A stretch of DNA of 58,253 bases, taken from a virus (Duplodnaviria > Caudoviricetes). The position numbers were made by a program, and so were the translations under genes. The stretch lies in the IMG/VR virus record IMGVR_UViG_3300021962_000125, positions 1-58,253 of that record, one strand, 5' to 3'. Each line of letters begins with the position of its first letter. Positions within the stretch are counted from its first letter, which is position 1. The notes beneath the pieces are model-generated. The model saw only the letters and a program-made list of their open reading frames with translations, was not told the origin of the DNA and did not search any database. Positions 8,229-20,300 of this stretch are shown here, in pieces.

Positions 8229-11200
8229 TCATGCAAGTGATATTACTCGGAGATCTCTCAATCTTGGTGGATAAGATTGGTTAATTGATGTTCCGATAAG
8301 TTTAATGCTAAAATATCTAAACGGTTCTAGGTTATCAACAGTAAATTCATAATCTTTGAATGTAATTTCATTACTGTCAAATCCAAGTGTATTATTTTTT
8401 GGAACAAATGTGTCAGAAGTTCCATCATTATTAGCAACATCAATAACCTGACCAGATTCTATTCTATTAGAATATCCGGGGAAAGGATAGTATATAGGTT
8501 CTTCTGAAGGGTCTTTCAGGATTGCATATAGTGCTTTCAAATCTGCATATGGATTAATATATGCAGAAACAATTATTTTGACCGAAGTTGCGGGAATTTC
8601 GAGTTGAATTGGATTTGTAGCATACATGAAAGATGATGGATCATCCTTAAGAGTAGAGACTCTAGAATCTGTTCTAAAATCAGCAATAACATTATTGACT
8701 CTGTTAGAAATACAGATCATACCTACTCGATCAAGATCAATCACTGGAGATAATCTGCTATCGGAAGTGCTTAAATTTAACCTGAGTTCCATGGATTTAT
8801 TTCCTGGAATTTCGGTTAATTTCTCACTTTCATTTACTTTAGATGCAATTATTCTTGGATTGGAGAAATAATTATTTTCTTCAAGAGAAATTGGTGTAAA
8901 ACCACGATCTTCGAATGATATTTCTGTTCCAGATACGCTTGTTCCACTTACAGTTCTGAGTTCTCCTGTAAGTCTTGTACGAGGATGAACAACAGTTTGT
9001 ACCAATGGTCTAACAGCTTCAAATGGAATATTTTGTGTTGCTTTAATCGCAGATCCTCCAGTTGATTTAGTTGAATTCAAATACAATTTGGGGAATCCAG
9101 TTCCAGTTGTTCTATCCACACCATTAGTTTGCATATTAAGTTTAATATTATAATGATCAAGTCCAATAGATTCTTGAACCTCAGAATCTTGTAACTGGTG
9201 CGTAGTGTTGATTCTTCTTAAAGATACTCCCGACAATTCATATTTGTATACTAAAGATCCTGCTGGGTGAGTGACTTGTTTTGTTGAATCAACTCCTCTT
9301 GTAATTCCGACAAGAGTGTTATTAAGAACACCTTGATAAGAGATAATTTCATTTTCAATTAAGGCATATCCAAGATTAGTTGTTCCAATACCAACACCTT
9401 CAAAAGTTGCAAATGATGTGCTAAATCCTGGAGATAATAGGATGCTTTCTGTAGATGTTGATGAATATTCGTTAGTAAGTGTTGCTGGAGCAATATCTGA
9501 TGTGGCGTTGTAAATTTTTACTGTATTTGTCTCAGAGTGCATTCCATGATTTCTGTGGTTCACTTTAATATGAACTCCATCAGATTCTACAATTGGGGAA
9601 GAAACTATGAAAACTCCACCACCATTAATTGGCGTAACTCCTATGCCCGATTTACTCAAATAGTATAAAGTATTTCCAACGCCAACAGAAAAATCTCCCT
9701 GTACATTATCTAGTACTAACTCATTTGTTCCACCAATTCCTACTACAGAAAGTCTTAAGTTCCTTCCGAGAGAAGTAATTCCAATTTGAGATACTGTAAG
9801 AACATCACCAACAGTATATCCAGTACCACCGATAGAGATTGTAGCGGCAACAGCAACTCCATTTGTGATTGTAATGTTCGCTTTGGCATCTCTACCACTT
9901 CCTGTTACTGGAACAAGCGATACATTGTTATAAGTTAATGATCCTGTTGAAGGTGTATAACCAATTCCAGAATTGATAATCTGGAGAGTTCCTGATGCAG
10001 ATCCTGCAGCACCAACTAAAGTTCCTGTTGCATTTGATCCGAATTGCGATATTAGATTACCAAATACTAAATTGGAATCTTTTACCGTCGTACCAAGGCC
10101 AACTCTAACTCTTCTTGATGTTGTTTGTAATGCATCCTTTCTTAAGGTAGCTATTTGATTGTTGTTTTCTGTTAACTCTGGACTAAAGAATGAAATAGAA
10201 CCCTCATTAGTAAATCTTGCAGTATAAAGATTAAACTTAATGTCTTCGTATTGGCTTGCAGTCCACGTAGAAGCATTTTGAGACTTAAATAGTGATCCCA
10301 AGAAGGTTTGTGATGTTACAAAAATTTGTGAAGATTCTGCTCCCTGTGCAGTAGAGATATCAACCTCACCAAGTCTAGAGATCCATAAGTTATACTCTGT
10401 AGAATTTGATATCACTACAAAGCAATGTTCTTTATGGCCCTCAAGATAAACAGGTGCCTGGAAGTTTACGATTGTAGGTACAGATGCATCATCAGAAACA
10501 TTTATTTGATCTGGATATAAAGTTACTGTACTGAATGGATATACTTCAGTTGTTGGTGTCCCAAGAGACATTGGGCGAAGTTGTATAGTAACTGGAAGTG
10601 TGTCATCTTTTGATTGGAAGAATAACTCAATACTTGTTACGTATCTTCCTGTAGAATCTAACTCTGACCCAATAGCAAATGACTGCGCAAGAGGATCATA
10701 TCTCCAATACCATTCTGCACTTCCATATGCCCAGTTACCTGGTCCTGGATTTGGTGGTGGTGGGGGTGGGAATGGATCCCAAGATGGTGGTGGTGGACTC
10801 CAAGTTGGTGGTGGTGGAGCAGGAGGTGGAGGAAGAGCGATAGTAGTTGTTTGTGTTTCTGTTATAGATTTTGTAGCAGAAATTGAAGCATTTTGTATTT
10901 CTGTATTTCTTACAGACAAAACAGTTTCTTGGTTCTGTGATATTAAACCATCTGCATAATAATTTGCTTCAGCTGAAGATGTAAGTGCTCCGGGTAAAGG
11001 AGAATTTAATCTATCGCTGGATAGTCTGAGAGTTTTTGTTCCTGTTCTAAAACTTGGATTTGTTGGTTTATTTGGATTTGGAATGAAGAAAGATCCAAGC
11101 ACAACACCAGATCTATCTGTTATTAGTCGGATATCCTTAACTCTTGCTCTAGCACCACTTGAGTTTCCGACTAAAATCATACCAACACTAATATAACCAG

Positions 11201-14200
11201 TAAAATCAAAACTACAAAGTTGACTTAAACTTACCGTATCAATATTCAACACAGTTGAATTTGGAGAATATGTATTTGGTAAGTCCTCATCTTGATTGTA
11301 TGGATTTTTTACAAAAACATCAACTGGGCTATTATATGGACCATATCTATGATTAGCGGATGCACATCTTACTTTTATTGATGGTGAGGATGACTGACTT
11401 ACACTTGCAACAGTTTCTCCAACACTAAAAGTACCTTCCAACATTTCAACTTCAATAAGTTTGGGAATGATATATGCATTTACATCTTGCCCATCAAAGA
11501 AAGCATAAACTCTAGAAAATGGTCTTAACTTTTTGGCATTAAATTCAATATTTCTAGATCTAATGTATGGAGAAACGTCAATGTTAACAACACGATTTCC
11601 TAAAGAAATGTTATTGGTTGTCGTAAGAACTCTGTTAGAAGAACCTGTTCTTGCCGCTGTTCCTGTGTTTATAGTTGTTGTGGTTTGTGTATTTCCTGAT
11701 GTTGTAGTCGTTGTTGTAGATCCAGTCCAATTATTTTCCCAAGCATTCCAGATAACAGGACTCCATCCTGATTGTTGATCAAAATCTTCTTCTTCAAACT
11801 GAAGATTTGTTACAGTCAGTTCACCACCAACTCCTTCAACATTTAAGTTTTCCAGTTTAACCTGGTCTACCCAAATATCAGATGATGGACTCAATTCAAT
11901 TATTCCAGTATATGAAGTAACCAAATATGGTGTAACATTTTCAATTCTTGTTGCATAAGGTTGACTAATCTCTCTATACAAATTATAGTCTAGAGTTATT
12001 ATTCCCTTTCCAGTTGAACTTGGGTTTACTCCACTTCTTCTTATATTATTTCCAATCAAATCTGTAACATACTTAATATCTGCATTTAAATCTAAACCTG
12101 TTCCAATTCCAACAAGGGATCTTGATCCAAGTAGCATATCAACTTCTGTAGTAAATGGTGAAGGTCTTAACTCACCATTTTTGATGTCAATACTATTTTT
12201 GACAGAAATTGTTTTGCGCTGATAATCTACATTAGTGAAATTATCAACAAATATTCCAGACTTAAATCTATCCAGATTATTGGCATCTTTTATTTGTAAA
12301 TTTTTCGCATTATTTTCTAACAAAGAAAGACTAGTATAAAATTCCAGATTTTTAATTCTCGTCTCTAGTCTTGCAATATCATCCATTCTATATCTCTTAT
12401 GATCTATTAGAGATATTCCAGCATCTCTCATATTGCATAGATATGGAGGTAAAGAAATTCTTGCAATTTCTAATGAATTTGATAATTCATCTGGAATTTG
12501 TGGAGATTCTGATGGTGTTCCTTGTTTTACAAGTATAACTGGTTTTTTGGTGGTAGTGTCTGAGATTTTAGATTTATTTGTCTCGGATGATAAGTAAATC
12601 CTATCAATTCTTCCGAGATAGAAAGAATAATCGCAAACAATTGCTTCATCCGAAGCTAAAATGTTTAATGAAGAATTCTGGTTCTCATCAAAAGATCTAC
12701 CAAAAAATTCAAATGGAGAGTATTGGGAAGAATCTGAATTAAATTGATCAACAATTGGTCTTGTATCAATAATATCAGATACTCTAAATCCATCTACTGA
12801 GGGTAAATCGCAGTAATCAAATTGATTGTAGGAATCGACGGTGGTAATATCTCCAGTATCTGATGTTGGAATATATGCAGACTCATAATATACTTTTATT
12901 TTTTTAGTTGGTGCAAGATAATTTGGTTTTCTAACAATTCTAGAATAATCCAAAATTGTGCTTGTCTGTCCAAGATTTAATGTGAAATTATTTTTGATAT
13001 CATTTGAACCCAGAATAAAACTGTTTACTACAGCAGATACTCCAGATTCTTTAAAGAGAATACTTTCTCCTTCTGTAAAGGGTATTCCGTTTAAAACTGT
13101 ATATGATATGGTAAGTGAGGTTGGTTTTTCTAGACAAATTGCAACACTACCACTTGTTTTTCCAATAATTTCTTCTCCAACTATTATGTCAGATACTGTT
13201 GATGAAGGAGAGGAAATATTTTGAAGTAGTAATGATGGTGGAGTTGGGTCTTGTACACCTGAAGATTCAAATATAGCATATATTTTTGTTACACCAGGCA
13301 CATTTAAACAAATATCTTCATCTTGAACTCTTGTACCATATGGATAGTTTCCGTAAACTAGACCATCATTATTAGTTGTATTTCCTACACCACTATTGGT
13401 TCCAGAGTAATTGTAAATTGACTTATCAACAAGGGTTGAATTTACTCTATTTTTATTTTTAACTCTTGATTTTATATTATTTTTTTGTAATGTTGCAATC
13501 AACCTTGCAGCACCATTTCCAGTCAGTCCATTAATGGTAAGTTCCTTTCCTCCACCACTAAAAGTAAATTGATCAGCACTTAATGGTTCTGTTGTTCCAT
13601 CATTTCTAATTAAAACATATCTTTCTTCATCAAAAGGTAAAAATACTTCATTCGATAAAAGTTGTGTAGAAGGGATTGTCAGTGAATTTGATGTAATTGT
13701 TGTATTAAACTGTTTTCTAACTATAAGTGTAGAATTTGTAAGATTTACCGAAGAAATATACTTTTTGGATAATGGTTGATAAAGAGTATTATCTGTAGAA
13801 TTTAGAAAACTTGATTTTAATATTCTAAAATTAGATGGTGTTATACTTGTTGATGGAAGAGCACCATCACAAATGCCAGTAACAGTGGTTAATCCAGAAA
13901 TCGTAATAAATCTTTCTGAAACAGATTCGACCTTTGCATAAACTGATGTGGTTAATCCTGGGCTTGAGAAAGAAACAAGATTTCCAGTAGTTACAATACC
14001 CGTAAAAGTGAATTCTGAAGAAGTAACCGTAGAAATTCCAGAAGATCTGCCGGTAATATTGACAAGTCCTACATCAACTGCAGGGTATTGTCTTGTGTCT
14101 GCAGTAAAAGTAGATGCAGTTCCAGTGAGACCATATATGGACTTTACATCACCCGTTCCGTAGGAAGTTATAGCAGTTGCAACTCTAGTATTTTCAATAC

Positions 14201-15788
14201 CATTGAAAATGAACTTTTCTCCTTTTGCAAATGTTCCTTTTGTGTTATATGCAGTAATGATACCCGAATTTGTAGCACTAAACCTTAAGAAAGCAGTTGC
14301 TCCAGTTGCCTTTCCTTTAATGAAGGTAGGTGTAGAAAGTGTAATGGGCTCATTTAGAGAAATTTCTGTGTATGTTTGAATATCATAGAGAGAAATTTCC
14401 CATTGATTTGTGTTGGGGAGAGCAGAATCATACGCTCCAGACTCTAGAGCAAAATCATAAACCCTAGCAACACCAATTTCTTTACCAGATGAAGAATATT
14501 GATTACTTCCTAATCTACTATCTCGCAAGCTAACAGTGTATGTTGAAATTCCAATGGTCGGTGACCCATAAACTCTATTTAAAGAGTAAGTAGCTCCAGT
14601 TGAGTAGATTATACTTTGATTTGTTAGTGTTTTAGTAGTTCTTGGTTTTTCAAAATCAACCAAAGATGTTCCTAACAGTTCTAATTCATATCCTTTAACA
14701 TAAGCTTTTCCAGGAGAGACCTTATAGACCCCAAGATCATCTGAAGGAGTTTGGTTTTGATAGGTTAAAGTACCCTCTTCATAAACTCCTTCATTTCCTT
14801 TCTGATCGTTTAATGAGTTTTTTATTTCAATTTTGAGTGGTTTTACATAATAATCTCCAGACTCATCATAAGTTCTTCTAGCAAACTCATCAGCTAGAAT
14901 ATTATATTGTGGATTTGTATTATCTTTAATTAAGTTACCACGCTCAACTCTAATAAGTTCAATAAAGTTAGCTGGATTTGGAACTTCTGGGAAAAGTAGA
15001 GGAACTTTTGTTAATACTGCATTAATTGCAAATCTATCTGCTCCAGGTGCCGCATAATTTGAAAATCCTTTTGCATTATCAACTAATAACTCATCTATAT
15101 CAGAATTTACAATATTTTCTAAAATAGTAAATCCAATTCTATAAGAAGGGAAAGTATTAATTGGATCTAGTACTAGTTTTTGAGAAGGAACATTGACAAA
15201 ATATCCTCTTAAAAAATAGACTCCTTCAGAAAGTATTGCAAAAGATCCTCTAGTTGTTGCACTAGATGCAATGGTTGTTGCAAATGCTTGATTTGGTTGT
15301 ATTGCAGTTAATTCTGTAAATCCGGGGGAAACAATATTTTCGACTAAAATATTTTCTGCAGTAGTGAATACTTGATTTCCTTCTAAACTACTATTCAAGT
15401 AGTTTATATACAAGATTGTATTATTATTTTCTGACTCATTTTGCTTCAAAACATGCACAACTTTGGCCTTTACGCCAGAAGTTTGGCCAATAATTACTGC
15501 ATTTAGTAAATTATCAATGTAAGAATCAATATTTACACCATTAAAAGTGTTTTCTAAAATTACAGCAGGAAGTGTATTATAAAATATGCCTCCAGGAATT
15601 ACTACAGATCCTTCTTTAAAAACATGATTGCCAAATTGTTCAATTTGATTCTGAAGAATAGATTGTAATCCCGTTAGTTCTCTTGCTTGGACAGGATATC
15701 CTGGTTTGAATAAAACCTTATAATAATTTTTTGCTGGATCAAAATCGTCAAAGTATGGAGAGACGTTGAGGTTAGTTTCCTGTGGCAT
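8229..15788 (-). CDS. Large virion structural protein (DUF4815 / VrlC-like)
   Basis: NLNVSPYFDDFD...LFKPGYPVQARELTGLQSILQNQI, ARRTYDESGDY, RFKSGIFVDNF, DPLAQSF; between gp8 and gp13. Confidence 0.88.
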   Translation of the reverse strand: MPQETNLNVSPYFDDFDPAKNYYKVLFKPGYPVQARELTGLQSILQNQIEQFGNHVFKEGSVVIPGGIFYNTLPAVILENTFNGVNIDSYIDNLLNAVIIGQTSGVKAKVVHVLKQNESENNNTILYINYLNSSLEGNQVFTTAENILVENIVSPGFTELTAIQPNQAFATTIASSATTRGSFAILSEGVYFLRGYFVNVPSQKLVLDPINTFPSYRIGFTILENIVNSDIDELLVDNAKGFSNYAAPGADRFAINAVLTKVPLLFPEVPNPANFIELIRVERGNLIKDNTNPQYNILADEFARRTYDESGDYYVKPLKIEIKNSLNDQKGNEGVYEEGTLTYQNQTPSDDLGVYKVSPGKAYVKGYELELLGTSLVDFEKPRTTKTLTNQSIIYSTGATYSLNRVYGSPTIGISTYTVSLRDSRLGSNQYSSSGKEIGVARVYDFALESGAYDSALPNTNQWEISLYDIQTYTEISLNEPITLSTPTFIKGKATGATAFLRFSATNSGIITAYNTKGTFAKGEKFIFNGIENTRVATAITSYGTGDVKSIYGLTGTASTFTADTRQYPAVDVGLVNITGRSSGISTVTSSEFTFTGIVTTGNLVSFSSPGLTTSVYAKVESVSERFITISGLTTVTGICDGALPSTSITPSNFRILKSSFLNSTDNTLYQPLSKKYISSVNLTNSTLIVRKQFNTTITSNSLTIPSTQLLSNEVFLPFDEERYVLIRNDGTTEPLSADQFTFSGGGKELTINGLTGNGAARLIATLQKNNIKSRVKNKNRVNSTLVDKSIYNYSGTNSGVGNTTNNDGLVYGNYPYGTRVQDEDICLNVPGVTKIYAIFESSGVQDPTPPSLLLQNISSPSSTVSDIIVGEEIIGKTSGSVAICLEKPTSLTISYTVLNGIPFTEGESILFKESGVSAVVNSFILGSNDIKNNFTLNLGQTSTILDYSRIVRKPNYLAPTKKIKVYYESAYIPTSDTGDITTVDSYNQFDYCDLPSVDGFRVSDIIDTRPIVDQFNSDSSQYSPFEFFGRSFDENQNSSLNILASDEAIVCDYSFYLGRIDRIYLSSETNKSKISDTTTKKPVILVKQGTPSESPQIPDELSNSLEIARISLPPYLCNMRDAGISLIDHKRYRMDDIARLETRIKNLEFYTSLSLLENNAKNLQIKDANNLDRFKSGIFVDNFTNVDYQRKTISVKNSIDIKNGELRPSPFTTEVDMLLGSRSLVGIGTGLDLNADIKYVTDLIGNNIRRSGVNPSSTGKGIITLDYNLYREISQPYATRIENVTPYLVTSYTGIIELSPSSDIWVDQVKLENLNVEGVGGELTVTNLQFEEEDFDQQSGWSPVIWNAWENNWTGSTTTTTTSGNTQTTTTINTGTAARTGSSNRVLTTTNNISLGNRVVNIDVSPYIRSRNIEFNAKKLRPFSRVYAFFDGQDVNAYIIPKLIEVEMLEGTFSVGETVASVSQSSSPSIKVRCASANHRYGPYNSPVDVFVKNPYNQDEDLPNTYSPNSTVLNIDTVSLSQLCSFDFTGYISVGMILVGNSSGARARVKDIRLITDRSGVVLGSFFIPNPNKPTNPSFRTGTKTLRLSSDRLNSPLPGALTSSAEANYYADGLISQNQETVLSVRNTEIQNASISATKSITETQTTTIALPPPPAPPPPTWSPPPPSWDPFPPPPPPNPGPGNWAYGSAEWYWRYDPLAQSFAIGSELDSTGRYVTSIELFFQSKDDTLPVTIQLRPMSLGTPTTEVYPFSTVTLYPDQINVSDDASVPTIVNFQAPVYLEGHKEHCFVVISNSTEYNLWISRLGEVDISTAQGAESSQIFVTSQTFLGSLFKSQNASTWTASQYEDIKFNLYTARFTNEGSISFFSPELTENNNQIATLRKDALQTTSRRVRVGLGTTVKDSNLVFGNLISQFGSNATGTLVGAAGSASGTLQIINSGIGYTPSTGSLTYNNVSLVPVTGSGRDAKANITITNGVAVAATISIGGTGYTVGDVLTVSQIGITSLGRNLRLSVVGIGGTNELVLDNVQGDFSVGVGNTLYYLSKSGIGVTPINGGGVFIVSSPIVESDGVHIKVNHRNHGMHSETNTVKIYNATSDIAPATLTNEYSSTSTESILLSPGFSTSFATFEGVGIGTTNLGYALIENEIISYQGVLNNTLVGITRGVDSTKQVTHPAGSLVYKYELSGVSLRRINTTHQLQDSEVQESIGLDHYNIKLNMQTNGVDRTTGTGFPKLYLNSTKSTGGSAIKATQNIPFEAVRPLVQTVVHPRTRLTGELRTVSGTSVSGTEISFEDRGFTPISLEENNYFSNPRIIASKVNESEKLTEIPGNKSMELRLNLSTSDSRLSPVIDLDRVGMICISNRVNNVIADFRTDSRVSTLKDDPSSFMYATNPIQLEIPATSVKIIVSAYINPYADLKALYAILKDPSEEPIYYPFPGYSNRIESGQVIDVANNDGTSDTFVPKNNTLGFDSNEITFKDYEFTVDNLEPFRYFSIKLIGTSINQSYPPRLRDLRVISLA

Positions 15789-15794
15789 AATTCT

Positions 15795-17348
15795 TTAGAA
15801 TTGCAAAATGACTTTGATATCTTCTTTTTGATTTGATGATCTAGTTATCGAAGGTCTGTTATCAACGTAAATAACATTTCCAGAGTACTTCTTGACTTCT
15901 GGATTTGATATACCATTTGTAAATGACTGACCCAGGTAGTATGTTCTATTATTTATTACAGTTGAGATACCTGTAAAATTTGTATCCATTGAAAGTGAAT
16001 CATTAGTTCCAACAATGATCGTTGTCCCACCAGCACTTACATTAGATGAAAATCTATTCAGATTAAATCCATATGTTGGAGTCGTATTTGGTGTTCCATT
16101 TGTATTAAATCCAACAAGTGATCTATCTTGCCAGTACTTTAAAACGCCAGTGCTTTGATCATAAGATACGACTCTACCAACTGCGGTTGTTCCTGTTCCT
16201 ATTGTTTGAGTAATCTTACTATCTGCAGGAAATGATGCGCTACTGTATCCAATACCAGTTAACTTTACAGCATAAACAGCACTTGCTTTATCTAAAGTCA
16301 ACAAAGAAGATGAATTATAAGCCTTTGGATTTTCTACTATTCCAACTCTAGCAATTTGATTTCCTACAATAAAATCGGGATTTTCTAAATCATTTTCAAT
16401 TCTTGAATAGACAATTACATTATAAGCGCCCAATTCTCTATAAATATCCGCGCCGTGCCCTCCTTGAGGGGGAATAATAACATCAAAAGAAGGAGATGTG
16501 CTCCCTGCAGGAACATTTCCAGAATTAACATCTACAGTTCCATAAGTATATCCAGAACCACCTTTTGTCACCGTGATAGAATCTACTTTAGAATCATTAT
16601 TGATAGTAATTGTGCATTCTGCTCCACTTCCGTCTCCTTTGATAGGAACTTTGGTATAAGTTCTGTTCGCTGTTCCTAATCCAACTCCACGATTTTTAAT
16701 AGTTATAACTTTTAATTGTCCGCTAGTTGATGCATTATTTCTAACTACCGAATTTTCTGTATTTGTTTCCCATTTTTTTGGAACAGGAATAAAATTGATA
16801 GAATCAAACTTGATAATGTCGCTAGGTTTGATCGTATAAAGATATTTCCAAATATATCCATCACCACTTGTTCCTGCAGATCTTGGTTCAAGATCAACGA
16901 AAGTTGGTTCATCTAAAGATGGTCTTCCTTCTGGATTTTCTGGAGAAGTTCCATTGTATAGGCAAATGTAAACTTTATAATCACTGTTAACTACATAATA
17001 ATTCGCAGAATATAAACTTATTGCGCCGGAAGGTTTTGATGGGTTTGTTCTACTAATGTCATGACGATACATGTCATATGTTGTTCCTGTTGTCCATTGC
17101 AATTTACGAACAACCTGCTTAACATCATCTTCTCCAATTTTTTTGAGTGCAATCATTGTATCCCAATAATCACTTTCCTGATCAAAATTATCTTTTGGTG
17201 CAGGAGGAGTCACATCCCATGTTGAAGAATAATCAGTTGCATTAGGTAAACCTACAAAAGCATAATAAGAATTTGCAGAAGAAGTTGCTATTGAAACAAA
17301 ATTCTTTGCATTTAAAATTCTTAACTGATCAGTTATAATTGCAGACAT
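15795..17348 (-). CDS. gp8: Baseplate wedge subunit gp8
   Basis: WTTGTTYDMYRHD, YKVYICL, DGYIWKYLYTI, PPQGGHG, RSSNQKEDIKVILQF. Confidence 0.92.
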   Translation of the reverse strand: MSAIITDQLRILNAKNFVSIATSSANSYYAFVGLPNATDYSSTWDVTPPAPKDNFDQESDYWDTMIALKKIGEDDVKQVVRKLQWTTGTTYDMYRHDISRTNPSKPSGAISLYSANYYVVNSDYKVYICLYNGTSPENPEGRPSLDEPTFVDLEPRSAGTSGDGYIWKYLYTIKPSDIIKFDSINFIPVPKKWETNTENSVVRNNASTSGQLKVITIKNRGVGLGTANRTYTKVPIKGDGSGAECTITINNDSKVDSITVTKGGSGYTYGTVDVNSGNVPAGSTSPSFDVIIPPQGGHGADIYRELGAYNVIVYSRIENDLENPDFIVGNQIARVGIVENPKAYNSSSLLTLDKASAVYAVKLTGIGYSSASFPADSKITQTIGTGTTAVGRVVSYDQSTGVLKYWQDRSLVGFNTNGTPNTTPTYGFNLNRFSSNVSAGGTTIIVGTNDSLSMDTNFTGISTVINNRTYYLGQSFTNGISNPEVKKYSGNVIYVDNRPSITRSSNQKEDIKVILQF

Positions 17349-17365
17349 TTCTAGAAGTTTTTAAT

Positions 17366-17373
17366 TATTTATG
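17366..17373 (-). promoter_or_regulatory. Late promoter (CATAAATA) for gp8, overlapping the gp7 stop
   Basis: ATAAATA core about 18 nt upstream of the gp8 ATG. Confidence 0.6.
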
Positions 17374-20300
17374 AAGCATAATTACGGTATTTCAGAGGAT
17401 TATACCTTTGAATTTTTGCGGATGTTGATATTCCAACAAGACCATTATTATATGAACTAAATGATTTTGGATTACTTCTGGTTGGAATAGATATTTTACC
17501 CCAACTATATTCTCCGTAGAAATTGCTGTATCCAATACCACTTAAATTGTTGTATCCTTGGACGCTTACGGTCACCCTAGCAACATAAGTAAGACCCACA
17601 CCAACAGCATGTGTTTGAGCAATAGAAACTGCAGCAACTTGATAAACATTATCTATAAATGTAGTTCCTAAACCAACAACAGATCCGCTTTGATCGATTG
17701 AGGTGACACCATTACCAACGTTTGAATTATATACCACAAAGTAATAACCAGTTTGAATTCCACTAATGCCAGTAGTTGCCAATCCAACATTATTTACTGC
17801 AGAATCTCTTAAGAAAGAATTTTGAGGAATATAGAAATCAAAGATTAATCCAGTTGAAGCAACTCCAACAGAAACAGTACTAATTCCACTAATAATACCA
17901 AAATCACCTTCATATGAAACATCATCAACTATTTCTTTTACAATTCTCGGAGAATCTATCAAAACACCTGGTGGATTTGAAGTAGTATACCCTGTTCCTG
18001 GATTTGAAATTGAAATTGTAGAAACAGTTCCTCCAATAGATACCGTTGAAGTTGCTATTGCTCTTTGAGTTGTCCCAAGGCCAACGGGATTTTCGATAAT
18101 AACACTTGGATTTGTTGTGTATCCAACTCCACCGTCAGAAATTAGAATAGAAGAAATAGTTCCTGCGGTAGAAACAATAGCAGTTGCTGCTGCTGAAACT
18201 AACTGGTCTTGAGAAATAATAATTATTTTCTTTTGTGGTTTTTCTGTAGTTCCATCTTGTAAATACTCATCAGCACTATCAAAGAATGTCTTTACACTTT
18301 CCACAAAGATTGCAGTCGAAGATATTGAGACATTTTGTATAATATTTGTAAATGGGTTAATTAGTGGTTCATAAAGAATTCTATCTTTTGTAATTTCTTG
18401 GCCATTGACAATTTTATCTTCTGATTGTCTACACCAAATAACCGTTCTTAATAAAGTTTCATCTTCTGTTATACCAGGACCAGAGTAAACATTCGTTTCA
18501 ACAATGTCTGTTGACACCACATCTGTAACAAGTCTTGAATTTTCTTTAAGTCTATCAATATCACTATTAATTCTTAAGGTATCTCCTTCCTTGACACTTT
18601 CCATTATGTCAACATTTAAAGTATCAATATCACCAGTTCCTTTATAGAAAAGAATTTTGGAAGAATCTCCTGATCTTGGTGCTTGGCTAAAGGTAATTAC
18701 ACTTCCACCATTGAAGAAATATGATTGATCTGGAACTTGAAGAACATTATTAATGAATATGAGTAAATTTGACTTTACTTCTACATTTGATCCTCTTCTA
18801 GATCTAATTGTTGTTTGCTCTCCATTTATTTTGATTGGGAAAGTAACTCTCTTTCCATCAAACAATGAATCTATAGAATCAATCACTTGCAAATCTCCAA
18901 TTGACCATCCCTTAAACTCATCATCAAATGTTCTTTCGACTGTAAGTTGAAATTCGGAGAAAGATAGTGCAGTATTTGTTGGAATTCCTACTGTTCCTCC
19001 AATAGCAACCGTGAGAACTTCCTCCTGATCATAACCATAACCATTATTGTTAATCTCAAAGGAAATAACACTTGATCCTTGTCCAACAACAATATTGGCA
19101 GTTGCCTCCGTACCAACTCCACTAGAAGAAGAACTGTATATTAATGGAATATTTGAATATGATAGTGGAGCATCAAATATAACTATTGGTGGATTTGAAG
19201 TAGTATACCCTGTTCCTGGATTTGTGATTGCCACACTTACAATATGACCACCACTAATTGACGCAGTTCCAATAAATTCTATATTTGGAATACCTGTGCT
19301 AGATGTTGCAACACCAACATTGACTGTGGTTTGTATTCCCGATCTATACCCAGATCCACTATTTCCAATACTAATTGATTGAATAGTTCCCCCAGAAGAT
19401 ACTATAGCAGTTCCTCCAGCAGAAACTAAAGGTTGATATCCAAATCCAGAAGTAGATCCTACCGATAAAATTATTCCACCGCGAGGGACATTGCTAGAAT
19501 TAATATCATAAGATGTGGATGAAATTGTTCCAGTAAATGTTATTGAACTTATTCCAGAGACTTCTAACAAATCATAATCACTAGGAACACTTATTCCTCC
19601 AAGTCTTACGGGACCTTGGAAAATATCGTTGATAAGAATTATTGCATTGCTTGTTGAAATTCCAGATATGTTGGATCCATTTGATTTTAAAGTGAAAGTC
19701 GTCGAAATTCCATTAAAATTATTTGAAATATCATCAAAGATGTAATTTTTGGAGTATGCGTCCTCAATTCCGCCAATAATTCCCGATCTTATAAAAGATC
19801 TACCACTAAAAGTTGAGTGTGTTTCAATTCCAACAAAATCTCTAGCATCTGGTGGATTTGTAGTAGATCCGATTGGAGTTGGTCCATATGGTGCAGTAAT
19901 GAAATGTATATTATTGTCTACGATGTTATAATCTCCAGAAACTTTAACTATTTTGGAATTGATTGCGTGCGTAGATATTCCAGTTCCCATCCAAGCTCTT
20001 TCAACAATAACCGCATTAGTTGATCCGACTCCAACTGAATTAATTCTCATGATCTCATTATCAATCTTGATCAAATCTCCACCAAAGAATGATGTAATTC
20101 CCGAGAAAATAATTTCTTGATCTGCAACAGTAATATTTTTAGTACTATTTGTTGTAACTGAAGTAGAGACTATTGGAGATTGTATTAAATTGTCAATAGT
20201 AATCAATACTCTTGCATTTTGGTTTGTCGAAACAAATCTATGTACTGTTCCTACACCAAGATTAGTAATGTCTAATGTTTTGGGAATTGTTAAAAGAGCA

